From an uncultured Acidimicrobiaceae bacterium (lineage in GTDB: Bacteria > Actinomycetota > Acidimicrobiia > Acidimicrobiales > Bog-793): a stretch of DNA of 64,000 nt. Numbering within the stretch: position 1 is the stretch's first letter; each line of letters opens with the position of its first letter. Shown piece by piece: positions 19,460 to 28,369 of the stretch. The stretch spans positions 1,788,353-1,852,352 of the forward strand of contig CAWDDW010000003.1 of the NCBI GenBank assembly GCA_963801185.1, in the 5' to 3' direction. Both the position numbers and the translations under genes were made by a program. The notes below the pieces were generated by a model. The model had not been told where the DNA came from. It searched no databases and was given only the letters and a program-made list of their open reading frames with translations.

Positions 19460-21418
19460 CTAGGCGGTGCTGCCGAGTGAATCGAGGAATTGGGCGACGA
19501 TCGGGCCGTCGGTCGGGCCACCGTTGCCCGGCGAGTCGATCACGACCATGGCGAACGCTATGTCACCGTTGAACCCCATGAGCCAGGCGTCGATCGGAAG
19601 TGGATTGCCGGTGCCGTACTCGGCCGTTCCCGTCTTGGCGTAGGTGCCTGCCGGGAGGCCCGTGCCCGCGGCGGTCCCGGACTCCACGACCGAGAGCATC
19701 ATCTCGTGAAGATCGCTGACGAGGAGTGAGGACAGGGGAGCTGTTGGGGCGCTCTCGGCGGGGGCACCCTCGGTGATCCACGGAGTACGGACGGTGGAGG
19801 TGTCGATGTCAGCGGCGACCATGGCGAGATCGAGCGGGCTCATGACGACCTTCGACTGCCCGATCGCGCTGGCGGCAAGATCGGTCTGGCCGACGTTGAC
19901 CGGTACCGACCCGCCGAAGACCGGCATGCCGACCTGAAGGTTGGTGCCGAGCCGGTAGATCGATGCCGCGTCGTGGAGGCTGCTGTAGTTGAGGTTGGCC
20001 ATTGTGAGGCCGATGAACGCGGTGTTGCACGAGACGGTGAACGCTTGGAGCAGGTTGGAGACGGGGCCCTCGCTGCCGGCGTTGTGCAGGTTCTCGCCGT
20101 CGACGTCTATGACGGAGGGACACGTCGCCGGCGAGGCGGGGGTGAGGCCGCCGTCGATCAGGGCCGTGGAGGTGACCACCTTCATGGTCGAGCCGGGAGG
20201 CTGCTCACCTTCGAGCGCGAGGTCGCTTCCTTGCGAGGTGTTCGCGACGGCGAGGATCTTCCCGGTCGAGGCTTGGATCGCGACGAGGGCGGCCTCGTTC
20301 GGCGCGCTCGCGAGCGCGTCGCTCGCGTCCTGCTCGATCGTCGGGTCGATGGTTGTCCGCACAGGAGTGCCAGGGGAGTCGGGAAACGTCGCGAGGAGGG
20401 TCGTGACAGGCGTCCCGCTGGCGGTACCCCTGGTCGTGCCGGTGCCTGTGCCTTTCCGCTGCGTGACTGCCGAGATCTGTGCCCCGGCGGTGCCGGCGAG
20501 CTGGCTCTGGTAGGCCTGCTCGAGTCCCCCCTGCCCGACGGTGCTCGTCGAGTCGTATGGGCGACCGAGCTTTTTGAGCTCGGGCTTCGTGATCACACCG
20601 AGCGTCCCTACGACACCGACGAGCGCAGTCGGCGTCGATCCGGTGCCGCCCAGTGACTCGAAGAACACACCGGGAATCGGATAGAGCGTCGCTTCCAGTT
20701 GCTGGTACCGGCCCCAAGTCACGGTGATGACGGGCTCGAAGGCCGTCGGGTCGGCCGTGGCCGCCGTGATGGCCGCGCTCGTCTCCGGGGCGGTCGCGCC
20801 CGCGGCGATGAGCGACTTCGCAAGCGAGGTCGCGTTCTTGATGTAGCTACCCCGCAGCCCGATCACGACTGACACGGGCACGGCCGGCGAGATCGGAGTG
20901 CCGTCGGCCGCCAGGATGGGTGCGCGCTGAGGCCACTCGTAACTGAGCTCGTACCGTCCACCGGACCCGAAAGCCGGGTTGATCGTGGCCGGCGACCAGA
21001 TCACGCGCCAACGGCGCCGAAGGTAGCGGAGGTCGACCGTTGTGTGGACGGTCCAGGCACCGACGACGGCCAGGTCGAGGTGCTCGGTGACTGACACGCT
21101 CGCGCGCGACCGGCGTGTGTGAATTGACCCTCGTGTGTAGGACTCGGAGCTAGCGCCGAGGGTCGAGAGTGCCTGGGCGTTCTGGGACCGGAAGTCCGCC
21201 GGCGGGTCGTGGACGAGCTTCGCGAGAGCGCCCCAGTCATGGCCGCTCCACGCAGCTAGGTACTCCGAGACGACGGGCGCCGGACTGGGTATCGGAGGCG
21301 GCCCGGCAAACACGCTGCACCCGGTCAGGCAACCGGCGAGCACCGCCAGTGAGACAGATACGCGACCGAGCTGCGTGCGGCTCGCCGAGCGCCGCGCCCC
21401 CGCACCGCTTCGTCCCAT
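19460..21418 (-). CDS. Penicillin-binding transpeptidase (class B-like, NTF2/MecA-N domain), probable lipoprotein
   Basis: PGSTMK (SxxK), SCN (SxN), AKTGT (KTG); LTGC lipobox. Confidence 0.9.
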   Translation of the reverse strand: MGRSGAGARRSASRTQLGRVSVSLAVLAGCLTGCSVFAGPPPIPSPAPVVSEYLAAWSGHDWGALAKLVHDPPADFRSQNAQALSTLGASSESYTRGSIHTRRSRASVSVTEHLDLAVVGAWTVHTTVDLRYLRRRWRVIWSPATINPAFGSGGRYELSYEWPQRAPILAADGTPISPAVPVSVVIGLRGSYIKNATSLAKSLIAAGATAPETSAAITAATADPTAFEPVITVTWGRYQQLEATLYPIPGVFFESLGGTGSTPTALVGVVGTLGVITKPELKKLGRPYDSTSTVGQGGLEQAYQSQLAGTAGAQISAVTQRKGTGTGTTRGTASGTPVTTLLATFPDSPGTPVRTTIDPTIEQDASDALASAPNEAALVAIQASTGKILAVANTSQGSDLALEGEQPPGSTMKVVTSTALIDGGLTPASPATCPSVIDVDGENLHNAGSEGPVSNLLQAFTVSCNTAFIGLTMANLNYSSLHDAASIYRLGTNLQVGMPVFGGSVPVNVGQTDLAASAIGQSKVVMSPLDLAMVAADIDTSTVRTPWITEGAPAESAPTAPLSSLLVSDLHEMMLSVVESGTAAGTGLPAGTYAKTGTAEYGTGNPLPIDAWLMGFNGDIAFAMVVIDSPGNGGPTDGPIVAQFLDSLGSTA

Positions 21419-21514
21419 CGGCGGGATGTTAGGAGACGCCGTCTCTTTCCCAGTGGCAGCAGGCGGTACGGGAACGACAGACCTCGCAGGCCGTCAGCCC
21501 GCGCCCGGACGCGA

Positions 21515-21557
21515 CGAAGCCGCCGGTGCAGTGGGGGGAGCTGCGCCGGCGGCTTCG
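21515..21557 (-). terminator. GC-rich hairpin just downstream of htrA
   Basis: CGAAGCCGCCGGTGCAG (21515-21531) pairs with CTGCGCCGGCGGCTTCG (21541-21557): 17-bp stem with 1 mismatch and a 9-nt loop, 10 nt past the stop codon; no U-tract. Confidence 0.6.
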
Positions 21558-21567
21558 CGGGAGGGCC

Positions 21568-23130
21568 TCAGGCGGCTGGTCCGGCCGCCAAGACGATCGA
21601 GGCCGTGTGCCTTGTCCCGGAGGTGTCCACCCAGGTGACCGAGACGGTCTTGCCTGGCTGGTCGCCCTTCAGCGCCGCCGCCAGCGCCGCAGGGTCGGCG
21701 ATCCGATTGCCGTTCAGTGCCACGATGACATCACCGGCGGAGATGCCGGCATTGGCGCCGGGATACTGGCTGACCGCCTGGGCGACCACGGCTCCGTAGC
21801 TGACGGGTAACGACAAGCCGCCGAAGGCGTTCTGCTGGGCTGCCGCAACGCTCTCGACGTCGACGCCGATGATGCCTTTCTGCCCGATCAGGATGGTGTT
21901 CGAGGCCTTTCCTTGCTGGATCTGCTGGGCGATCAGGATCGCTCGGTCGATCGGAATGGCGAAACCTATGTTCGACGCCGTCTGCGCCGCCGACCCGGTA
22001 GCGGCCGCCGTGTCCATGCCGATCACCTGACCGGCTGCGTTGACGAGGGGTCCGCCGGAATTACCGGGGTTGATCGGCGCATCGGTCTGTAGCAGGCCCT
22101 TCAGATGCTCCGACGTGGTTGCACCTTCGTCGCTCGCCGTGATGGAGCGCCCGAGCGCCGAGATGATGCCGCTCGTGACGGTGGGCGTGCCACCGAGCCC
22201 GAGGGCGTTGCCGATGGCGACGACAGGGTCTCCGACCTTGACAGCCGAAGAGTTGGCGGTCGTGACGTGCGGGAGGCCCGACGCGCCTTCGAGCAGGACG
22301 AGGGCCACGTCGTCAGTCGGGTCGGCCCCGAGCACCTTCACAGTGAACTTCTGGCCCTTTCCGTCGACCTGGGCGGTGATGGTCGTCGCGCCCGCGATCA
22401 CGTGGTTGTTCGTGAGCACTTCGCCGTTCGAGGTGAGGATCATGCCGGTGCCTTCGGCCTCGGCGTCCTCAGTGCTCAGGATGGACGTGATGTCCACCGT
22501 TGCAGGGTCGACCTTGGCAGCGATGGCGGGGATGTTGAGCTTCGTCTGAGACGCGCTCCTCGGGTTCGTGGGCGTGGGGATCGTCTGTGTCGGGGTGTGC
22601 CCGGCAGTGTTGGTCTGGCCGCGGCCGATGAGTGCGCCGGCGGAGGCGGCGGCAGCGATCAGTGCGACGACGACCACACCGGTGAGGACCCGGCGCGAAG
22701 TGCGAGACGGAGGCGTTGCCGGGGCGGAGGGCTCGTACCCCCCGTAGCCACCCGGTCCGGAAGGGCCACTCGGGCCGGACAGGTCGCCCGGCCCGCCGAA
22801 TGAAGGCTGAGCTCCATAGGGCGTCTGGGAGCCGTAGCCATAGGGAGGCTGGGCGCCGTAGGGAGGCTGTGACCCGTAGGGAGGCTGTGACCCGTAGCCC
22901 GGCTGCCACCCGGGAGGAGCGCCGGGCACAGGCGGGGCAGGGGGTGCCCAGTTCCCGCCTGGCAGAGGTTGCCACTTGGGCTGATCGTCGCCGGCGGGTT
23001 GGCCCGGCTCAGGTGTGGCCGGCGTGACGGCCGTCACCGGCTCGCCGGCGGCCGTCACCGGCTCGCCGCCTGTGAGGGTCTCGTCGGCGTCTTGTTCGTT
23101 CTCGCCCGGATCGAATGGGTTGGTATCCAT
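21568..23130 (-). CDS. htrA: HtrA/PepD-like membrane serine protease with PDZ domain
   Basis: Pro/Gly/Tyr-rich N-terminus, TM helix, LTNNHVI, DVAL, TDAPINPGNSGGPL, C-terminal PDZ (AGISAGDVIVALNG). Confidence 0.92.
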   Translation of the reverse strand: MDTNPFDPGENEQDADETLTGGEPVTAAGEPVTAVTPATPEPGQPAGDDQPKWQPLPGGNWAPPAPPVPGAPPGWQPGYGSQPPYGSQPPYGAQPPYGYGSQTPYGAQPSFGGPGDLSGPSGPSGPGGYGGYEPSAPATPPSRTSRRVLTGVVVVALIAAAASAGALIGRGQTNTAGHTPTQTIPTPTNPRSASQTKLNIPAIAAKVDPATVDITSILSTEDAEAEGTGMILTSNGEVLTNNHVIAGATTITAQVDGKGQKFTVKVLGADPTDDVALVLLEGASGLPHVTTANSSAVKVGDPVVAIGNALGLGGTPTVTSGIISALGRSITASDEGATTSEHLKGLLQTDAPINPGNSGGPLVNAAGQVIGMDTAAATGSAAQTASNIGFAIPIDRAILIAQQIQQGKASNTILIGQKGIIGVDVESVAAAQQNAFGGLSLPVSYGAVVAQAVSQYPGANAGISAGDVIVALNGNRIADPAALAAALKGDQPGKTVSVTWVDTSGTRHTASIVLAAGPAA

Positions 23131-23195
23131 CTCTTCGCTCCTGATGCGGCACCATGCGGTGCCTCGCTCGTATGCCCCCATGATTCCCGACCAAC

Positions 23196-23233
23196 CTGGG
23201 AGATCTCTGAGACGCCGCTGGGGAGTTCTAAGG
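23196..23233 (-). promoter_or_regulatory. MprA-box-like tandem hexamers upstream of htrA
   Basis: Minus strand CCTTAG-N4-CCCCAG-N5-TCTCAG-N5-TCCCAG, about 11-bp period. Confidence 0.45.
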
Positions 23234-23300
23234 ACTTTAGAGGCGCCGGCGTATCGGCCGGAGCAATCGTGGTCGGGCCGGCACCTGGCAAGATCATCGG

Positions 23301-23606
23301 ATGGTGCTCGAACACGCAGTCCTCGACGTGAAGCCAGCCGAGACCGAAGGCTTCGAGGATGCCTTCGCCGCGGCCATCCCTCTCATCGCCACGTCGCCCG
23401 GGTGTCGTTCCGTCCGGCTGGAGCGTTGTGTCGAGCAGGGGAGTCGCTACCTGCTCCTCGTCGAGTGGGACTCCCTCGAGGCCCACACGGAAGGCTTTCG
23501 CGGGTCGCCCGTCTACCAGCAGTGGCGGGCATTGCTCCACCACTTCTACGAGCCGATGCCGACCGTCGAGCACTACGAGGCGGTGCTCGGGTCGGCGACC
23601 TCGTGA
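23301..23606 (+). CDS. Antibiotic biosynthesis monooxygenase (ABM) family protein
   Basis: MVLEHAVLDVKP...YLLLVEWDSLEAHTEGFRGS. Confidence 0.88.
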   Translation: MVLEHAVLDVKPAETEGFEDAFAAAIPLIATSPGCRSVRLERCVEQGSRYLLLVEWDSLEAHTEGFRGSPVYQQWRALLHHFYEPMPTVEHYEAVLGSATS

Positions 23607-23613
23607 CCGATCG

Positions 23614-24807
23614 ATGAAGGCTCTCGTCTTCCGTCACGATCTCCGTCGGGAAGCTGCCGCCAAGCTGGCAGGCGCCATCGACCCCCGAGGGTTCGTCGCC
23701 GGCTTTGCGCCCGTCCGCCTGGAGGACGTGCCCGAGCCGCAGGTCCCGGGCCCGGGCTGGGTGACGTGCCAGACCATCATGAGCGGGCTGTGCGGTTCCG
23801 ACGTCAAGCAGATCGTCCTCAATGGCCGGCGCGACAACCCGCTCACGGCGCTCGTCTCTTTTCCCCACATCCTCGGGCACGAGGCGGTGGCACGACGCCT
23901 CGACACCGGCGAGCGCGTGGTCCTCAATCCGTGGCTCTCCTGCGTGCCGAGAGGTGTCGACCCGCCCTGCTCGGCGTGTGCAGAAGGCCGGTATCCGTGG
24001 TGTCGGAGTTTCGCCGTGGGGCCGCTGCCAGTCTCGATCCACCTCGGGAACTGCTCAGGCGCGGGAGGGGCGCACGCCGAGCGCTTCGTGGCGCACGAGA
24101 GCCAGCTCTTCACCGTGCCCGACGGTGTCCCCGATGAGGCTGCCGTGCTGGCGGATCCGGTCAGCGTGTCATTGCGGACGGTGCTGTTGGCGCCGCCCCG
24201 CGAGGGCGCGCCCGTGCTCGTGTACGGCTCGGGGCCGCTCGCGCTGGCGGCCGTGGCACTCGTGAAGAAGCTGTACCCGTCCTCGCCGGTGTGGGCCGCG
24301 ACGCGGGCCGGGCCTAGGGCCGAGCTGGCGCGGGGGATGGGTGCTGACGAGGTGTTGCCGACCGGTCCCGACGAGCTCGTGGCGGCCGTTGCCGGCAGAT
24401 GCCGGGCGACGCCGATCATGCCGTGGAGCGGGAAGGCGTGGCTGCAAGACGGGCCTTGTGCGGTGTACGACACGATCGGGAGCACCGAGACCGTCGAGAC
24501 CTCCCTCAGGCTGCTCGAGACGGGCGGCACCTTGGTCATCTCGGGTGTGGAGCCGCCCGGCCGGTTCGAGTGGACGCCGCTCTACTTCAAGGAGCTGCGG
24601 GTGATCGGCTCGAACGCGTTCGGCGTCGAGGACGTGGCCGGCTTACGCCAGCACGCTTTCTCCCACTACCTGTCCTGGGCGCTCGGGGGGCTCGACCTCA
24701 CCCCGCTCGTCACCCACAGCTTCCCCCTCGAGAATTGGCGGGACGCCGTGCTGGCGGCGAAAGATGCCCGCCGCAGCGGAGCAGTGAAAGTGCTGCTCGT
24801 GCCGTGA
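23614..24807 (+). CDS. Zinc-dependent MDR alcohol dehydrogenase-like protein
   Basis: GLCGSD, ILGHE, four-Cys structural Zn site, VYGSGPL. Confidence 0.85.
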   Translation: MKALVFRHDLRREAAAKLAGAIDPRGFVAGFAPVRLEDVPEPQVPGPGWVTCQTIMSGLCGSDVKQIVLNGRRDNPLTALVSFPHILGHEAVARRLDTGERVVLNPWLSCVPRGVDPPCSACAEGRYPWCRSFAVGPLPVSIHLGNCSGAGGAHAERFVAHESQLFTVPDGVPDEAAVLADPVSVSLRTVLLAPPREGAPVLVYGSGPLALAAVALVKKLYPSSPVWAATRAGPRAELARGMGADEVLPTGPDELVAAVAGRCRATPIMPWSGKAWLQDGPCAVYDTIGSTETVETSLRLLETGGTLVISGVEPPGRFEWTPLYFKELRVIGSNAFGVEDVAGLRQHAFSHYLSWALGGLDLTPLVTHSFPLENWRDAVLAAKDARRSGAVKVLLVP

Positions 24808-24844
24808 CGGTGTACAGGCGAGCTGTGGCGGTGGGCGGCGGCCG

Positions 24845-25348
24845 TCAGCCCCGCGGGCTCCGCGCCGGCAGGCCTAGCTTGCGGTGGTCCCACGTGACCG
24901 TGCGCGACACGTGCAGCTTCACGACGATCCGCTTGTTCAACATGGCCTGGACGAAGGGCTCCATGTCCCCGGAGTAACCGCCGTAGTACCGCTCGAAGAC
25001 GCTGACGCCGAGGGCCAGCAGGCGCTCGGGCTCCTCGACGATCTCGGCCGTCCCGACGAGCTCGACGCCGCGGAGCGTCTCATAGGTGTCGCCCGCCTCC
25101 ATGAGGACGGTCATGTTCGGGTTCCTCTTGAGGTTCTGTGCCTTCTGAGACTTGGCCTTCGTCTCGACTGCGATGCATCCTTCGAGGAAGCCGTACCACA
25201 TGGCGACCGCGTGGATAGTCCCGTCGTGGTTGAGGGTGCACATCGTCATGGCGCGTCGCTCGGCGAGGAAGGCCGACACCTCGTCATCGGTCATCTTGAT
25301 CTGGGCACGTTGATTCACTCCGTGACCCATCGCAGGCGTTGAGCTCAT
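24845..25348 (-). CDS. Pyridoxamine 5'-phosphate oxidase-like (probably F420-dependent) oxidoreductase
   Basis: MTDDEVSAFL, TLNHDGTIHAVAMWY, SQKAQNLKRNP, YETLRGV, TWDHRKL. Confidence 0.85.
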   Translation of the reverse strand: MSSTPAMGHGVNQRAQIKMTDDEVSAFLAERRAMTMCTLNHDGTIHAVAMWYGFLEGCIAVETKAKSQKAQNLKRNPNMTVLMEAGDTYETLRGVELVGTAEIVEEPERLLALGVSVFERYYGGYSGDMEPFVQAMLNKRIVVKLHVSRTVTWDHRKLGLPARSPRG

Positions 25349-25471
25349 GCCGCATCCTTCCTGGTCCTGGCAGCCTTTGGCAACAATGTGGGTGTCGCGG
25401 GAGCCGGGGGCGGACCCAGGAGAGGCCCTTTTGGCCCTAAACTTGTGGTTTCCGTGCACCCCGGACCTCCT

Positions 25472-26233
25472 ATGAGAATGTCGATCACTCCTCCTTTTCG
25501 CGCGAGAGCACCATGGCGCGCCCGTGCCGCACTTGCCGGCTCTCTCGGCGCCATCGCCCTCGTGGCGGCGTCGTGTGCTGCCGCGTCGGCAGCAGGGAAC
25601 GGGTCCCACCACGACCCCTCGGTGGGGACGGCTCGAGACTCTTCACGTCACGCCGGGGTCGACGTCAGCGCTCGATTGTTCCCGCGTCCGGAGTGGCCGG
25701 GATCGCCGGCAGGGACGACCGCCACCTCTACGACGTCCGAGCTGCCGGCCCCCGCACCCGGCCTCGTCGCCGGGCGCGTGACCGTCGTGGGGGACTCGGT
25801 GACCGTCGACGCCGGGCCCGCCCTGCAGGCGCTCGTTCCGGGCTGCCAGTTGGACGCGCAGGTGGGAGAGCAGTGGGAGACGGGCATCGCGGCGCTCGAG
25901 CAGCTCCGCTCGTCGGGCCAGCTCGGGTCGATCGTCGTCGTCGCTCTCGGCACGAACGGTCCTGTCTCGGCCGGCGAGTTCGCCCAGATGATGTCAGCCC
26001 TGCGAGGAGTGAGCCGGGTCGTGTTCGTCACCGACCATGCGCCCGACAACTGGGAAGAGCAGAACAACGCGATGTTCAAGGCCGAGGTCCCTCACTACCC
26101 GACAGCCAGGATCGCGGACTGGGACGCCGCAGCCAAGGCGAACCCGTCGTGGCTCTACTCCGACGGCACCCACATGCCGATCGGGGGCGCCGGGGCGTAC
26201 GCGTGGGCACGGCTCGTGAAGGCGCAGATCTGA
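25472..26233 (+). CDS. Exported SGNH hydrolase resembling the OatA C-terminal domain (start uncertain)
   Basis: VVGDSV, ALGTNG, SDGTH blocks; hydrophobic N-terminus with LVAASC. Confidence 0.75.
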   Translation: MRMSITPPFRARAPWRARAALAGSLGAIALVAASCAAASAAGNGSHHDPSVGTARDSSRHAGVDVSARLFPRPEWPGSPAGTTATSTTSELPAPAPGLVAGRVTVVGDSVTVDAGPALQALVPGCQLDAQVGEQWETGIAALEQLRSSGQLGSIVVVALGTNGPVSAGEFAQMMSALRGVSRVVFVTDHAPDNWEEQNNAMFKAEVPHYPTARIADWDAAAKANPSWLYSDGTHMPIGGAGAYAWARLVKAQI

Positions 26234-26268
26234 ACCGGAAGCGCCGACCAGAGCGGTAGACAGGAACG

Positions 26269-27321
26269 ATGGCACCGATCCGAGCAGTGCTCGCGGCCGA
26301 GCCGCCGGCCGAGCCCGATCCGCAGGCCGAGCTGCCTGACGGCCCTGCCGGCCCTGACGGCCGGCTCCCCGGGCGCCTCGGCGAGGTCGAGGAGTCGGAT
26401 CTGCCCGAGGGCGACGTCACCGTCCGCGTCCACTGGTCGAGCCTCAACTACAAAGACGGCCTCGCCGTCACCGGCAAGGGCAAGGTCGTGCGCAGCTTCC
26501 CCATGGTGTGCGGGATCGACCTCGCCGGAGTGGTCGAGCAGTCGACTGCGCCCGGAGTCGAGCCGGGCCAGGAGGTCATCGTGACCGGGTGGGGTCTCGG
26601 AGAGGATCGCTACGGCGGGTATGCCGATCTTGCGCGCGTGCGCGGCGAGTGGGTGATCCCAGTGCCAGACGGTCTCGACATGCGCAGGGCGATGGCGATC
26701 GGCACCGCCGGTCTGACCTCGATGCTGTGCGTGCTCGCTCTCGAGCGCCACGGCCTGACGCCCGAGGTCGCGGGCGGGATGCCGGTGGTGGTCACAGGCG
26801 CCGCAGGAGGAGTCGGCAGCGTCGCGGTGGCGCTGCTGGCTCAGCTCGGCTACGAGGTCACGGCCGTGAGCGGAAGGGTCGAACAGGGGGAATACTTCCG
26901 GGAGCTCGGGGCCACGGGCGTGGTCGCACGCTCGGAGCTCGCGGAGGCCAGCCCGCGAGCGCTCGACCGTGAGACGTGGTCCGGAGGCGTTGACGCCGTC
27001 GGCGGCGCGATCCTCGCAGCCATCCTCCGCCAGACGCGGTACGGGGGTTGCGTAGCCGCCTGCGGGCTCGCAGCGGGCACCGACCTGCCTACGACCATCC
27101 TCCCGTTCATACTCCGCGGGGTTGACCTGGCCGGAGTGGAGTCCGTGCGCTGTCCGACCGAGCTCCGGGTCCGGGCGTGGGACCGCCTGGCGGGCGACCT
27201 CCCGCGGGACCTGCTCGATGCCATGACGGTCGAGGCCTCACTCGAGGACGTTCCGGCGCTTGCAGAAGAGATCCTCGCCGGGCGCACCCGGGGCCGGGTC
27301 GTGGTGGCGGTCAACCCCTGA
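26269..27321 (+). CDS. acuI: Acryloyl-CoA reductase AcuI/YhdH family MDR
   Basis: WSSLNYKDGLA, GIDLAG, AMAIGTAGLT, VVTGAAGGVGS, PFILRGV. Confidence 0.88.
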   Translation: MAPIRAVLAAEPPAEPDPQAELPDGPAGPDGRLPGRLGEVEESDLPEGDVTVRVHWSSLNYKDGLAVTGKGKVVRSFPMVCGIDLAGVVEQSTAPGVEPGQEVIVTGWGLGEDRYGGYADLARVRGEWVIPVPDGLDMRRAMAIGTAGLTSMLCVLALERHGLTPEVAGGMPVVVTGAAGGVGSVAVALLAQLGYEVTAVSGRVEQGEYFRELGATGVVARSELAEASPRALDRETWSGGVDAVGGAILAAILRQTRYGGCVAACGLAAGTDLPTTILPFILRGVDLAGVESVRCPTELRVRAWDRLAGDLPRDLLDAMTVEASLEDVPALAEEILAGRTRGRVVVAVNP

Positions 27322-27322
27322 C

Positions 27323-28369
27323 ATGCCTGTGTACGGCGTCCCCCCGAGCGTGTACCGGAACGGTGGTGTCGCCGGGCCGGCGCCGGGGACGTGGCCGGGC
27401 ACACCGGTCGAGACGGCCGTGGTGCTCGCAGGGGGAGGCAACCGCGGCGCGGTGCAGGTGGGCATGATGCGGGCGCTCGTGGAACGCGGCGTGATCCCCG
27501 ACGTCTTCATCGGCACCTCCATCGGGGCGATCAACGGCGCTGGGTTCGCTGGGGCTCCAACCCTCGAGGGCGTGTACCTGGCGGCCGACGTCTGGCGGCG
27601 GATCGCGGCGAGCGATGTGTTCCCGAGGAGTAGGTTTCACGGAACCTGGCGTTTCTTGGACAAGCGGCCGTCTGTGTTCCCGATCGACGGCCTCCGCGGG
27701 GTTGTCGCCGCGTACTTGCGTTTCGAGCGGTTGGAGGACGCGCCCGTCCCGCTCCTGCTGATAGCGACACGGCTCGACGACGGTGCCGAGGAGTGGTTCA
27801 CGACCGGTTCGGCCCTCGATGCCATCATGGCCTCGGCTGCCCTGCCAGGCATGTACCCCTCGATCGAGATCGGCGAGCACCGATATTTCGACGGCGGTGT
27901 GCTCAACAACGTCGGCATCTCCGCCGCGCTGGCTACCGGCGCCAAGCGGGTTTACGTCCTGTTGTGCGACCGGGTCGATGCGTCGGCCCCGTCGTTCTCC
28001 CGCCCCTTCGAGGCGATGTTCGCAGCGTTCTCCCTCGCTCTCGGCGCACGCGTACGCCGCGATCTCGCAAGCGTGCCGTCCGACGTGGACGTCATCGTCA
28101 TCGAGCAGCCCGGCTCGGCGATCTTCGATCCGCAGGACTTCTCGAAGACCGACGACTTGATCGAGCAGGGCTACCTGGCGGCGCGTGAGGTGCTCGACGA
28201 GTACGAGCGTGCGCGGCGGGTGGCAGGAGGCGGTTCGGGTGGCTCAAGTGAGCGCGAGCGGGACCTCGTGGCACGGCTCCGGAGGGTCGGCGCCGCCCGA
28301 CGCAGGGATCACCCTTTGCCGAACGCTGCCTCGCGAGCAGACGAAGTCCCGCCGGGGTCGACTCGGTAG
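27323..28369 (+). CDS. Patatin-like phospholipase
   Basis: GGGNRG, GTSIG, FDGG motifs. Confidence 0.9.
   Translation: MPVYGVPPSVYRNGGVAGPAPGTWPGTPVETAVVLAGGGNRGAVQVGMMRALVERGVIPDVFIGTSIGAINGAGFAGAPTLEGVYLAADVWRRIAASDVFPRSRFHGTWRFLDKRPSVFPIDGLRGVVAAYLRFERLEDAPVPLLLIATRLDDGAEEWFTTGSALDAIMASAALPGMYPSIEIGEHRYFDGGVLNNVGISAALATGAKRVYVLLCDRVDASAPSFSRPFEAMFAAFSLALGARVRRDLASVPSDVDVIVIEQPGSAIFDPQDFSKTDDLIEQGYLAAREVLDEYERARRVAGGGSGGSSERERDLVARLRRVGAARRRDHPLPNAASRADEVPPGSTR

Noticed and set aside
25350-25470. Possible riboswitch or ncRNA in this and other longer intergenic gaps (55-240, 36382-36620, 54520-54870)
   Set aside because: I could not match conserved cores of known riboswitches by eye; an Infernal/Rfam scan would be needed.
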